In this document: positions 1 to 9,299 of the stretch, piece after piece | How positions within the stretch are numbered: the stretch's first letter is position 1 | Layout: each line of letters opens with the position of its first letter | Assembly (NCBI GenBank): GCA_963548935.1 | Contig: CAUUVS010000002.1 | Span: 51,921-115,920 of the forward strand | DNA: 64,000 bases | Source of the DNA: an uncultured Bacteroidales bacterium | Lineage (GTDB): Bacteria > Bacteroidota > Bacteroidia > Bacteroidales > UBA932 | Direction: 5' to 3' | Notes under the pieces: generated by a model | What the model was told of the DNA's origin: nothing | Seen by the model: the letters and a program-made list of their open reading frames with translations, nothing else | Databases searched by the model: none | Position numbers and translations under genes: made by a program

Positions 1-2817
1 ATAGGATACGGTTCTTCCAGAAAAGAAGATCTTTCTATGGCGGTAGTTACAATGAAAATGGATGATATTGTTAAAAGCAGACCGCAGAATATAGGAACTA
101 TATTGCAGGGAAGGCTTCCTGGTGTTACTGTTATGCAGAGCGGAGATCCTATGTCTCAGTCTTCTTTCAGTATCAGAGGCCGCGGTTCGAAAGGTAATGA
201 TGGAGATCCTAATTCAGGGGACGGTGTATTGTTTGTCGTTGATGGTGTACCTGGAGCACCTTTTATTCTTGATGAGGTGGAGACAATAACAGTACTGAAA
301 GATGCGGCTTCCGCTGCTATATACGGTGCATCTGTTGGCTCCAGCGGTGTTGTCCTTATTACGACAAAGCGTCCGCAGTCAGGTTCGATGAATGTCAATC
401 TTAATGTGTCTATGGGATTTGACTATGTTACAAATCTTCCTAAGATGCTTACGGCTGAGAAATACAATGAAGTTTGGGCAAAGGCTGTTGCTAATGCTCC
501 TGGTTCGATTCTTCCATCTGCTGCCGATCCTTCAGTTTATCCTTTTGGGAATGTAACAAGAACAGACTGGCTAAAAGAAATTTTCCGCAAAGGATTCAAA
601 CAGCATTATGGTTTGAGCATGACAGGTGGCAATGATAGAATGTCCTCGGTATTTACATTGTCCTATGATCACAACAAGGGTGTTATTCTTAATACTTGGA
701 CAAAGTCGCTTCAGGGCAAATTGCAAACAGATTTTAAATTGACTCAATGGCTTAAATTCTATGAAAGACTTTCAATCGGTGTTTCAAATGGACAAGGTGA
801 TGTGGATACAAGTCATCAGGGACCTATAATGGGTGCAGTATGGTATCCTCGTTGTGCACCTGTATATGAAATGAAAAAGGACGGACAGTGGGATCTTAAT
901 GCACAGGGAGAGAGATATTTCGGAGGTACTCAGCCAAAATGGGCTTCAGTGTCAGGCACTCCGCTGCTGTATAATCCGGTAGCTGCACTTACAAGGCTTC
1001 ACAATCTTTTCCCTTCGCATTCTGTTTATTCTACTACCGGAATAGAAATCAAGCCGCTCACATCTCTTACAATCAAGTCTGAATTTACTGCCGATCTATC
1101 TTCTTCGGAGCACGATAGTTTTAATCCTGTCATGAAAGAAATCGGCTTGCTAAGGGCAGAGAACCATAGAGCGCAGACTTTTGCCAAAAGGTCTCATTGG
1201 CTTTCGGAAAACACCATTACATATGCACAGCTATTCGGTCGTCATCATATCAGTGCAATGGGCGGATTTACAGCTGATTTTAGCAGGGAAGGCGCAAGGA
1301 CGATTTTCACAAGAAAGTATTCTTCGGAAGAAAGCAATAAACTTTTGTGGGGGTTGGCAGAAGATTATACCTCAACCAAGCCGACTGAATCGAGATACGA
1401 ATATGCTATGGTTTCATTCTTCGGCAGAGTAGGATATTCTTATGATGATCGTTATTTTATAACAGGAAGTATACGTCGTGATGCTTCTTCAAAGTTGCCT
1501 GTATCCAAGAATTTTGACTGGTTCCCTTCAGTTTCAGGTTCGTGGAAACTCACTTCTGAGCATTTTATGAAGAGTTCGTCTATAAGAGATATCTTCAGTT
1601 TGATTAAATTTAGAGCTGGATGGGGGAAAGTCGGCAATGTGGATATGTATCCCAACAATGTGGCTGATGTAGAACTTTTGACTTATAGATGGCCTATAAT
1701 ATTTGGCAAGAATATGGATGTCCTCAAGTATGGTACATATCTTTCAACTATTCCTAATCTAAATGCAAGGTGGGAGACGACAGTCCAAACAAGTGCCGGA
1801 TTAGATCTTTCTTTATTCAAAAATAGGCTGGATATAAGTATCGACTGGTACAATAAAGAGACGCGAGATCTTATTGACAGAATTCCTGTCGTACCACATA
1901 TGGGTATCTCTGCCGATCCTATGGGCAATATGGGTAATGTAATCAATAGAGGCTGGGAGTTTTCTGTAAACTATAACGGCTCCATGGCAAACGGAGAATT
2001 GACATATAATATTTATGGAAATTTCTCTACCAACAAAGGGTATGTACGGGAGTATGGCATACGTGACGCTCCTGTTATGCATTCCTCTCCTAATATTGAC
2101 AGCAGACCTATCCTTTATTCGGATGCCGGCCATCCTTGGTATTCATTTATGATTTACAAGACAGATGGAATTTTCCGTTCTCAGCAAGAAATAGACAATT
2201 ATACTTGGAAAGATCCTGAAACAGGTACTCTGAAAAAAGTAATGCCTTCAGCACTTGTCGGTGACCTTAAGTTTGTTGATACAAATAATGATGGTGTAAT
2301 CAATGATAAAGATAGAGTCTTTGCCGGTTCTTACGCCCCTGTGAATACTTTTTCTTTTGGTGGCTCTCTACAGTGGAAAGGAATAGACTTTTCTATTATG
2401 TTTCAGGGGGTTAGCGGCAATTATATCTATAACGGTCTAAAGCAGCTTGCAATGAATGGAAGAAATGACTATGGCAATCTTATAGAGGATGTAATGAATA
2501 CCTGGGATTTCAATCCTGAGAGCAGCAGGTATCCTCGTTTGGGTATAGTTAAAGATAATAATGGAAATTATAATAATTTCTCTGATATATTCCTTGAGAA
2601 AGGAGATTATTTAAGGCTTAAAAATCTTACAATAGGCTATACTGTTCCAAAATTCTGCAAGCATGTTCCTGGTTTAAGAGTATATGCAAGCATGGATAAT
2701 CTTCTTACATTTACAAGATATAGCGGTGTTGATCCTGAAGTTGGTAACTATGGCGTGGATAGAGGTGTTTATCCGGTTGCTAAATTTGTCAATTTCGGAA
2801 TAAATATGAAATTTTAG
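1..2817 (+). CDS. SusC/RagA-family TonB-dependent outer membrane transporter (5' truncated by window edge)
   Basis: Frame is open from base 1 (IGYGSSRKEDLSMAV..., the typical post-'VVIGYG' segment). Plug motifs IRG, FVVDGVP and LKDAASAAIYG; barrel motifs YDDRY, WETT and YLRLKNLTIGYT; terminal Phe. Confidence 0.95.
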   Translation: MGYGSSRKEDLSMAVVTMKMDDIVKSRPQNIGTILQGRLPGVTVMQSGDPMSQSSFSIRGRGSKGNDGDPNSGDGVLFVVDGVPGAPFILDEVETITVLKDAASAAIYGASVGSSGVVLITTKRPQSGSMNVNLNVSMGFDYVTNLPKMLTAEKYNEVWAKAVANAPGSILPSAADPSVYPFGNVTRTDWLKEIFRKGFKQHYGLSMTGGNDRMSSVFTLSYDHNKGVILNTWTKSLQGKLQTDFKLTQWLKFYERLSIGVSNGQGDVDTSHQGPIMGAVWYPRCAPVYEMKKDGQWDLNAQGERYFGGTQPKWASVSGTPLLYNPVAALTRLHNLFPSHSVYSTTGIEIKPLTSLTIKSEFTADLSSSEHDSFNPVMKEIGLLRAENHRAQTFAKRSHWLSENTITYAQLFGRHHISAMGGFTADFSREGARTIFTRKYSSEESNKLLWGLAEDYTSTKPTESRYEYAMVSFFGRVGYSYDDRYFITGSIRRDASSKLPVSKNFDWFPSVSGSWKLTSEHFMKSSSIRDIFSLIKFRAGWGKVGNVDMYPNNVADVELLTYRWPIIFGKNMDVLKYGTYLSTIPNLNARWETTVQTSAGLDLSLFKNRLDISIDWYNKETRDLIDRIPVVPHMGISADPMGNMGNVINRGWEFSVNYNGSMANGELTYNIYGNFSTNKGYVREYGIRDAPVMHSSPNIDSRPILYSDAGHPWYSFMIYKTDGIFRSQQEIDNYTWKDPETGTLKKVMPSALVGDLKFVDTNNDGVINDKDRVFAGSYAPVNTFSFGGSLQWKGIDFSIMFQGVSGNYIYNGLKQLAMNGRNDYGNLIEDVMNTWDFNPESSRYPRLGIVKDNNGNYNNFSDIFLEKGDYLRLKNLTIGYTVPKFCKHVPGLRVYASMDNLLTFTRYSGVDPEVGNYGVDRGVYPVAKFVNFGINMKF

Positions 2818-2855
2818 TTACTGAAGGTATCGATAATAATTTAATGATATTGAGT

Positions 2856-4466
2856 ATGAAAAAAATATTATATACGATAGGTGTTTTATCTGTCATTCTA
2901 TTTGTTTCGGGCTGCGAGGGATTTCTTAAAGTCGAAAAATACGGAGCATCTACAAAATGGGAAACAGAAGAGGATGTTGAAAAAGCCGTCGTGGCTTTGC
3001 TTTCAAATGTTTCAAATAATTCAGAGGGTATTACCGGACGTGGCATTATGTGGTTTGAATGTTGTAGCGATAATGTTACCGTTGGCCGTCCTCAGGCTCA
3101 AGCAGAGCAGATCCGAAATTTCTTGATGTCGGCAGATAACGGAAGGGATGCCAAAAACAACTGGCCTGTAATGTATGAGATAAATGCAAAGGCCAATAAT
3201 CTGATAAGAGTTGTTCCCGGTCTGGGACTGAATAAAGCTTTTTCGGACAAGGCTATTGCCACAGCCTATTTCTTCAGGGGATTGTCTATGCTATGGATTG
3301 CGCCATATTACGGAGATAATGGTCCTAATGGAGGTATCCCTATTGTTCTTGAAACTACCGAGCTTGCAAAGATTGATGTTCCCAGACCGGCGTCTGTTTT
3401 GAATAACTATGATCAAATTATAAGGGATTTCAGAAAAGCCGGAGATATGCTTCCTCTTTTCTCTGAACTTAACGAAGAAGAGTATGGCATGCCTCATAAG
3501 GCTGCTGCATGGGCATTTGCGGCCAGAGCTGCTCTGTATGCCGCACAGTACGATAAAAATTATTTTGATATTGTAATCGAGATGTGCGACAAAGTGATAG
3601 GTCTTTCGGGAAAAGATAAGAGAGCTTTGTTTGATGATGGTAGCGCCAATCCTTTTGCCAATCTATGGAGGATGGAAAATACTTTTAGCAGCGAATATAT
3701 TTTCTCTCTTCTTGGAAATGAGGTAGACGGACCTAAATTCCATGGAATGTCATTCAATAACGGTGGTTGGAAAAAATACAATACATGGGGATATTTTCAG
3801 CCTACATACGGTCTCTATAAGGCGTTTGAAGCAGGTGATGTCCGCAGGGAAGCCACTATTTTGTGTCCTGGTGAGAAAATAATGTTTGTTGGTGAAGAAA
3901 TCGTTTTTGGCGATGCTTCACACGACATCTCGTCAGATACCGGGATTACTTTCCGCAAATTTCTTTCTCCTTGGGAAAGCGCTGATTGTATAGGTAAATA
4001 TGTAAATTCCGATGGAGATAATGCCAGCAATAAACTTGGTATGTGCCTTATGCGTTTTGCAGATATTCTGTTAATGAAAGCTGAGGCTCTTATATGGACT
4101 AAGGGAGAGGGTAATGCAGAAGCAAAGGATTTGCTTAATATGATACGCAAGCGTGCCCGTCTTCCTCAAACAAGCCCTGCAACAAAGGATGAACTTAAAA
4201 ATCAGAGACGTTGTGAACTTGCATTTGAGTTTATGCCGAGTCGTCATCTGGATATGGTTCGTTGGGGTGATGCAGAGAAAGAATATGCAAAACCTACTGA
4301 GAAACTCCTTTCTCATTTTGATATTATTACAGGAACTGTTGTTATAGACGGACCGGCTAATTACGATGAGGGCAGAAAGTTTGATCCTAATAAGAATCAT
4401 GTCTTTCCGATACCGGTTAAGGCATTTAACGGAACTGTCAATTTGAAGCAAAATATCGGATACTAA
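2856..4466 (+). CDS. SusD/RagB-family nutrient-binding lipoprotein
   Basis: Lipobox FVSGC; motifs AYFFRG, MRFADILLMKAEA, LNMIRKRA, RRCELAFE, DMVRWG and QNIGY end; directly follows SusC. Start chosen at MKKILY (alternative 2844). Confidence 0.93.
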   Translation: MKKILYTIGVLSVILFVSGCEGFLKVEKYGASTKWETEEDVEKAVVALLSNVSNNSEGITGRGIMWFECCSDNVTVGRPQAQAEQIRNFLMSADNGRDAKNNWPVMYEINAKANNLIRVVPGLGLNKAFSDKAIATAYFFRGLSMLWIAPYYGDNGPNGGIPIVLETTELAKIDVPRPASVLNNYDQIIRDFRKAGDMLPLFSELNEEEYGMPHKAAAWAFAARAALYAAQYDKNYFDIVIEMCDKVIGLSGKDKRALFDDGSANPFANLWRMENTFSSEYIFSLLGNEVDGPKFHGMSFNNGGWKKYNTWGYFQPTYGLYKAFEAGDVRREATILCPGEKIMFVGEEIVFGDASHDISSDTGITFRKFLSPWESADCIGKYVNSDGDNASNKLGMCLMRFADILLMKAEALIWTKGEGNAEAKDLLNMIRKRARLPQTSPATKDELKNQRRCELAFEFMPSRHLDMVRWGDAEKEYAKPTEKLLSHFDIITGTVVIDGPANYDEGRKFDPNKNHVFPIPVKAFNGTVNLKQNIGY

Positions 4467-4496
4467 GGTATCTTCAAAAATTCGACAAAAATTGTT

Positions 4497-5327
4497 ATGA
4501 ATAGATATTTGAGTGCTTTATTGCAAATCAGCCTTTTTATTTGGCTGATTTGCTTGTCTCTTACTGCACGTGGACAGGAACTTTCTATAATGGATTGGAA
4601 TATTCTGTCTTTTGAAAAAACGGATAAAAGCGGGGAAGTGGCAGGATTCCCTGTCAGTGAATTTGTGGCATTGTTCAAGAAATATAATCCTGATATAATA
4701 TGCCTTAATGAGTTTGAAACTGCAACTTCACGGATGGGACGGGAAAAGATGTCGGAAATAGCATCTCAATTGAAAATGTATGGATATTTTATAGAATCAT
4801 ATCCTAAAGACATAGGCTATTATGGTAATGTCATATTGTCTAAATTTCCTATAATTGCATCTGCGTCGAAGAAACTGCGATATAAGAATCACAATGGCGA
4901 TGGCAATTATCAGTTTAATTCCGGTCAGGAATTAGAAGAATACGGTGCTGATCAGAGGAGTGTAGGTTATGCTGATATATTGATACCTACACCTGATGGA
5001 AAAAGTCGTGTAATACGGATTGTATGCTCGCATTTTGACCATAAAGGAGATGAGATGCAAGTACGTAATCGTCAGGCGAAGGAAGTTGTTGAATTTGCCC
5101 GCCTTGACTTTCCGGTATATCCTACAATTCTTTGCGGAGATTTGAATACACAGGTGAGTAATACTCTGGAACCTTTTAATTCGGTCGGTGAACATCTTTT
5201 TTGTTACTGGGTGGATCATGCTTACGCTTTTCCTAAAGGGGGCTGGGAAAAACTTGAAGGAAAATATATTCCTTCCGGTATTTTGTCAGATCACGATGCA
5301 ATAATCGTAAAGGTTAAACTAAAATAA
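4497..5327 (+). CDS. Secreted endonuclease/exonuclease/phosphatase (EEP) family protein
   Basis: Signal peptide, then EEP motifs MDWNI, DIICLNE, YGNVILSKFPI, SHFD, ILCGDLN, VDH and SDHDA. Confidence 0.88.
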   Translation: MNRYLSALLQISLFIWLICLSLTARGQELSIMDWNILSFEKTDKSGEVAGFPVSEFVALFKKYNPDIICLNEFETATSRMGREKMSEIASQLKMYGYFIESYPKDIGYYGNVILSKFPIIASASKKLRYKNHNGDGNYQFNSGQELEEYGADQRSVGYADILIPTPDGKSRVIRIVCSHFDHKGDEMQVRNRQAKEVVEFARLDFPVYPTILCGDLNTQVSNTLEPFNSVGEHLFCYWVDHAYAFPKGGWEKLEGKYIPSGILSDHDAIIVKVKLK

Positions 5328-5336
5328 GGTAAAAAT

Positions 5337-6128
5337 ATGAAAACAAGAATCACAATATTAGTCTTGGGTATATTTTCATTTTTTGCTTGTCAGAAACAAG
5401 TGAACAAAGAGCATGTCAAGCCTTCGGAAGAAGCTGAAACAAAAGCTCCGATACGATTTATATCCAAGCTTTCTAATGATAATCTTTTTGTCGATGAAAA
5501 TGAATATGTCAAAATAAATGAGTATATGAGGTCTGTTTTTAGCTCAAAAGAGGCGGCTTCTGTCGTTTATCTTGACAGAACAGACCATATTGGGCTTCAG
5601 TACTCGCAAAGACTTTCTTTAAATCTTTGCCTATGGAATGCTTTTGCCATTAACCGTTATGCAGGTGTCTCAAATATAGAAGGCGGAACCTCATATTTCA
5701 GTTACCCTACGAGTAAGGCAGATGTTTTGCGTATCGGTGAAAATACTTTTATGCAGAAAATTAAATACAGACTGGATGGTACTTTGAGCAGAAAAAATAG
5801 TGTTGACAAAAAGGTGAAAATTGAGATACCTATACTATGGGCAAGGTTTGATAGTAGAGAGAATATTGTTGGATTCTCCGGAGTTTTCGACAAGGTTGTT
5901 ATGGCTGATGCAAATTATCTTATAATAGCTACAGTCAGACCTTCTCTTCAAAGTGAACTTAATGCCATTGTACAAAAGAAAAATGGAACAGTCAAGGAGC
6001 TGGCGCAGGGAAAAGAATATAATCTTGTTATGGCCAGCGAACTTAAATTTTGGAAGTCTGAATTCGAGACGAATAAGGTGAAAATTACAGAAAATATCAA
6101 TGCCTATATTATATATGTGAGCTGGTGA
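5337..6128 (+). CDS. Hypothetical lipoprotein, possibly a degenerate EEP fold
   Basis: Lipobox FFAC; last gene of the SusC/D operon (9-nt gap); spacing of hydrophobic strands resembles EEP without catalytic residues. Confidence 0.7.
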   Translation: MKTRITILVLGIFSFFACQKQVNKEHVKPSEEAETKAPIRFISKLSNDNLFVDENEYVKINEYMRSVFSSKEAASVVYLDRTDHIGLQYSQRLSLNLCLWNAFAINRYAGVSNIEGGTSYFSYPTSKADVLRIGENTFMQKIKYRLDGTLSRKNSVDKKVKIEIPILWARFDSRENIVGFSGVFDKVVMADANYLIIATVRPSLQSELNAIVQKKNGTVKELAQGKEYNLVMASELKFWKSEFETNKVKITENINAYIIYVSW

Positions 6129-6148
6129 TTGATATGCTTCTGTTTTTA

Positions 6149-6598
6149 TTATCCTAATATTTGCTCCGCATGCTCTTTTACTTTAATCTGCTTAGGGGTA
6201 AATATCTTCTCGATAACGCCATTCTCATCAGTGACGAATGTTGTCCTGAACGTACCGGTTGTGACTTTTCCATACATCATTTTTTCTCCATATACACCTA
6301 ATTCGGTGACAAGTTTCTTGTCTGTGTCTGCAATCAAAGGAAATGGGAGCCGGTATTTCTCAATGAATTTTTTATGAGATTTTTCGTCCTGTATGCTGAC
6401 CCCTACAACAGCATAACCTTTTGCGAGCATCGAGTCGTAATTGTCTCTTAAGTTGCAGGCCTCGCTTGTACAGCCCGGAGTGTTGTCTTTAGGATAAATA
6501 TATAATACGAGTCTTTTGCCTTTGAAGTCACTTAGTCTGATTTCTTTGCCTTCCTGATCTTTTCCCAAAATTTCAGGAAGTTTCTGTCCTATTTCCAT
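6149..6598 (-). CDS. bcp: Thioredoxin-dependent thiol peroxidase (BCP/PrxQ)
   Basis: YPKDNTPGCTSEAC motif; 149 aa. Confidence 0.93.
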   Translation of the reverse strand: MEIGQKLPEILGKDQEGKEIRLSDFKGKRLVLYIYPKDNTPGCTSEACNLRDNYDSMLAKGYAVVGVSIQDEKSHKKFIEKYRLPFPLIADTDKKLVTELGVYGEKMMYGKVTTGTFRTTFVTDENGVIEKIFTPKQIKVKEHAEQILG

Positions 6599-6825
6599 AT
6601 GTTGTAAATTTAAATATTTTAAAAATTATAAATCAATTATGATTGACATATTAGAGTACCAAGATAATCTTTTTTTCTCAAATTACGCAATTTTATAGGG
6701 ACATGTGTTTGCGGCTCTGTGTATTGCAGGTATCGTGTAATATTCTTATTTTTGCGAAAATATCGGTCTGACAAGTGGTTATACTATCGTACAATCAGGC
6801 TTGCTGCCTATAATTTCGGGAAAGT

Positions 6826-7419
6826 TTGGATAATATCATTAAATTAATAGAGATTTTTGCTTTTATTACTGGATTGGCATATATAATTCTGGAAATAAAG
6901 CAAAAAAATGTCATGTGGTATTTGGGAATTGCCACAGGAGCGGCTTGTGCATTTTCTTTTGGTGTACAGCATTTATATGCTTCAATGGGGCTTAATATCT
7001 ATTATGTCTTTGTATCATTCTGGGGATTGTGCCAATGGAAGAATGCTCGGAGATGCCTTGACGAGGCTGGCAGGGAGAATATGGTCCATTTGAATAGAAT
7101 CAGTTCTAAAGCTGTTATTGTCAGCGCTGCGATTTTTGTTTTGTGCACTGCTGCTCTGATTCTTCTGCTGGAATGGACAGGAGGTTCAGAATCATCGATG
7201 GATGCCATTGTCACAGTATTGAGTGCAGTGGCCACTTATTGGCTTGCAAAGTCATATATACAGCAGTGGCTGCTGTGGATAGTTGCGGACATCTTATCCG
7301 GCCTCCTGTGTCTGACGGTCGGAATGTACTGGATGGCTGTACTTTACCTGTTTTATACTTTGTCTGCTGTATATGGTTATTATTATTGGGATCAAAAAGG
7401 AGTTTATATAAGGAAATAA
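6826..7419 (+). CDS. pnuC: PnuC-family vitamin (nicotinamide riboside/thiamine) transporter
   Basis: Multi-pass hydrophobic protein with DAIVTVLS, WLLWIVAD and GYYYW motifs; TTG start. Confidence 0.82.
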   Translation: MDNIIKLIEIFAFITGLAYIILEIKQKNVMWYLGIATGAACAFSFGVQHLYASMGLNIYYVFVSFWGLCQWKNARRCLDEAGRENMVHLNRISSKAVIVSAAIFVLCTAALILLLEWTGGSESSMDAIVTVLSAVATYWLAKSYIQQWLLWIVADILSGLLCLTVGMYWMAVLYLFYTLSAVYGYYYWDQKGVYIRK

Positions 7420-7426
7420 GTTTGTT

Positions 7427-8062
7427 ATGATTAAAAGGGATTATCCGTCAAAACTTTTAGAAGAGGCAGTAGATGCTATAGGGAGTCTTCCAGGAGTTGG
7501 AAGCAGGAGTGCATTGAGGCTGGCCCTGCATCTTCTGAAACAGCCGAAAGAAAGTGTTCATTATTTTACAGAGGCGATAAATCGTCTTCGGGACGATGTG
7601 AAATATTGCCGTACTTGTATGATGCTTTCGGATGAAGAAGAATGTTCGATTTGTCGAGATAAAAGCAGGGATCATAATATTATTTGTGTGGTGGAGAGTG
7701 TGCGTGATGTCATGAGTATTGAGAATACGTCACAATATCACGGAGTATATCACGTTTTGGGGGGTATTATTTCACCTATCAATGGTATGGGACCTTCGGA
7801 TCTGACGATAATGGAGCTTGTGGAAAGGGTACGGAGACTTTCTGAAGAAGCATCCTCTCCGGCGGATATTGAGGTAGTTATGGCTCTTAGCGGAGATGTG
7901 GAAGGGGAGACCACTGCTTTTTATTTATATAGGCAGATTTCCGGATTCGGGGTAAGAATTTCCTCATTGGCACGTGGTCTTGGCTTTGGAGATGATTTGG
8001 AATATGCTGATGAATTGACATTAGGGCGTTCCATAGTCAATCGGCAAGAGTTCCGGCCTTAA
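7427..8062 (+). CDS. recR: Recombination mediator RecR
   Basis: HhH LPGVG..SA.RLA, C4 zinc finger CRTC...CSIC, Toprim YHVLGG.ISP, EGETTA, LEYADELTL. Confidence 0.97.
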   Translation: MIKRDYPSKLLEEAVDAIGSLPGVGSRSALRLALHLLKQPKESVHYFTEAINRLRDDVKYCRTCMMLSDEEECSICRDKSRDHNIICVVESVRDVMSIENTSQYHGVYHVLGGIISPINGMGPSDLTIMELVERVRRLSEEASSPADIEVVMALSGDVEGETTAFYLYRQISGFGVRISSLARGLGFGDDLEYADELTLGRSIVNRQEFRP

Positions 8063-8101
8063 TTAATGGGATAAATGTGGATGATTTTCCGCAAAAATAA
8101 T

Positions 8102-8109
8102 TATCTTTG
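8102..8109 (+). promoter_or_regulatory. Bacteroidetes sigma-A -7 element (TATCTTTG) for corA
   Basis: Matches the TAnnTTTG consensus in the intergenic region, about 120 nt before the corA ATG. Confidence 0.65.
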
Positions 8110-8232
8110 CAAGTTGACTTATCTGAAATGTCAGCGGTTTATTAATGAGCTTTGAATAAGGCTCGCAATATTAACCATCCGACTCTAAGCCGGATAAAGT
8201 GCTGGATATTCCGGCTATAGGAGGTCGAAGCT

Positions 8233-9180
8233 ATGATAGATATCTTTTACAGATCCAATGGAAAGATTATGGTTTCACAGTCGGAAACAGATTTTGTAAA
8301 TCTTCGCAGAGAAGATGTAATTTGGATAGATCTTTTTTCTCCGACAGGTAATGAAAAACATACTGCTGAGACATTTCTTGATACGGAAATACAGAGTCGT
8401 GCACAAGCTGAGGAGATAGAGAGTTCTTCTCGTTTCTCGGAAACTGATACAGCGATTTTTGCAAATACCAATTTCCTTATTCCTGGACCGGAGGAATATT
8501 CTATGGAACCGGTGTCTTTTACTATAGTAGGCGGAGTACTGACGACTTTAAGGGATGTGCCTTTGAGGAGTTTTACAGAATTGCAACGCAAGATAGTGGC
8601 TAGGCCAAAACTTTTTCCGAATGGCTATTGGGTCTTTGTGACGATTTTGGATCAGCGTGTCGATTTGGATGCCGATATGATCGAACTTATGTCAAAGGAA
8701 ATTTCGCAATACAGTAAGAGAATAAATCAGCAAGAAGATATTAACGAAGATTTTCTTTTGGATATAAATCAATTGCAGGAGAATACAATGATGGTGCGCG
8801 AGAATATTGTGGATAAGCAGAGATTGCTGACAAACCTTACAAAAAGTGACAAGTATCCTCAAGAATTGGAATCGAGGCTTAATGTACTTCAACAAGACAT
8901 ACAGTCACTTATCAATCATACGAATTTCAGTTTTGAAAGACTTGAATACCTTCAGGATACGGTAGTGGGTCTTATCAATTTGGAACAGAATAAGATTATG
9001 AAAATATTCACTGTCTTGTCACTTCTTCTTATGCCTCCGACACTGATTACCAGTTTCTATGGTATGAATGTTCATCTCCCTATGGCAGATATTAAACTTG
9101 CCTGGCTTCTTATTGTAGTTATTATGGTAATTTCCTTTATCGTTATCTTGATTGTATTCAAAAAGAGAAAATTGTTGTAG
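8233..9180 (+). CDS. corA: Magnesium/cobalt transporter CorA
   Basis: C-terminal MPPTLITSFYGMN signature followed by a second TM helix and basic tail. Confidence 0.95.
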   Translation: MIDIFYRSNGKIMVSQSETDFVNLRREDVIWIDLFSPTGNEKHTAETFLDTEIQSRAQAEEIESSSRFSETDTAIFANTNFLIPGPEEYSMEPVSFTIVGGVLTTLRDVPLRSFTELQRKIVARPKLFPNGYWVFVTILDQRVDLDADMIELMSKEISQYSKRINQQEDINEDFLLDINQLQENTMMVRENIVDKQRLLTNLTKSDKYPQELESRLNVLQQDIQSLINHTNFSFERLEYLQDTVVGLINLEQNKIMKIFTVLSLLLMPPTLITSFYGMNVHLPMADIKLAWLLIVVIMVISFIVILIVFKKRKLL

Positions 9181-9218
9181 AAAAATTGTTGTTATGGTTT
9201 TATTTTCAATTTTTTACT

Positions 9219-9226
9219 TAACTTTG
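9219..9226 (+). promoter_or_regulatory. Bacteroidetes -7 element (TAACTTTG) for rpsA operon
   Basis: TAnnTTTG consensus about 75 nt upstream of rpsA. Confidence 0.6.
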
Positions 9227-9299
9227 CAGACCTTTTGTTCCGTAAAGCCGGACAGGTATATTAAATAATGTTAAACTACTAGTTTTTTTGTAATTTAAA

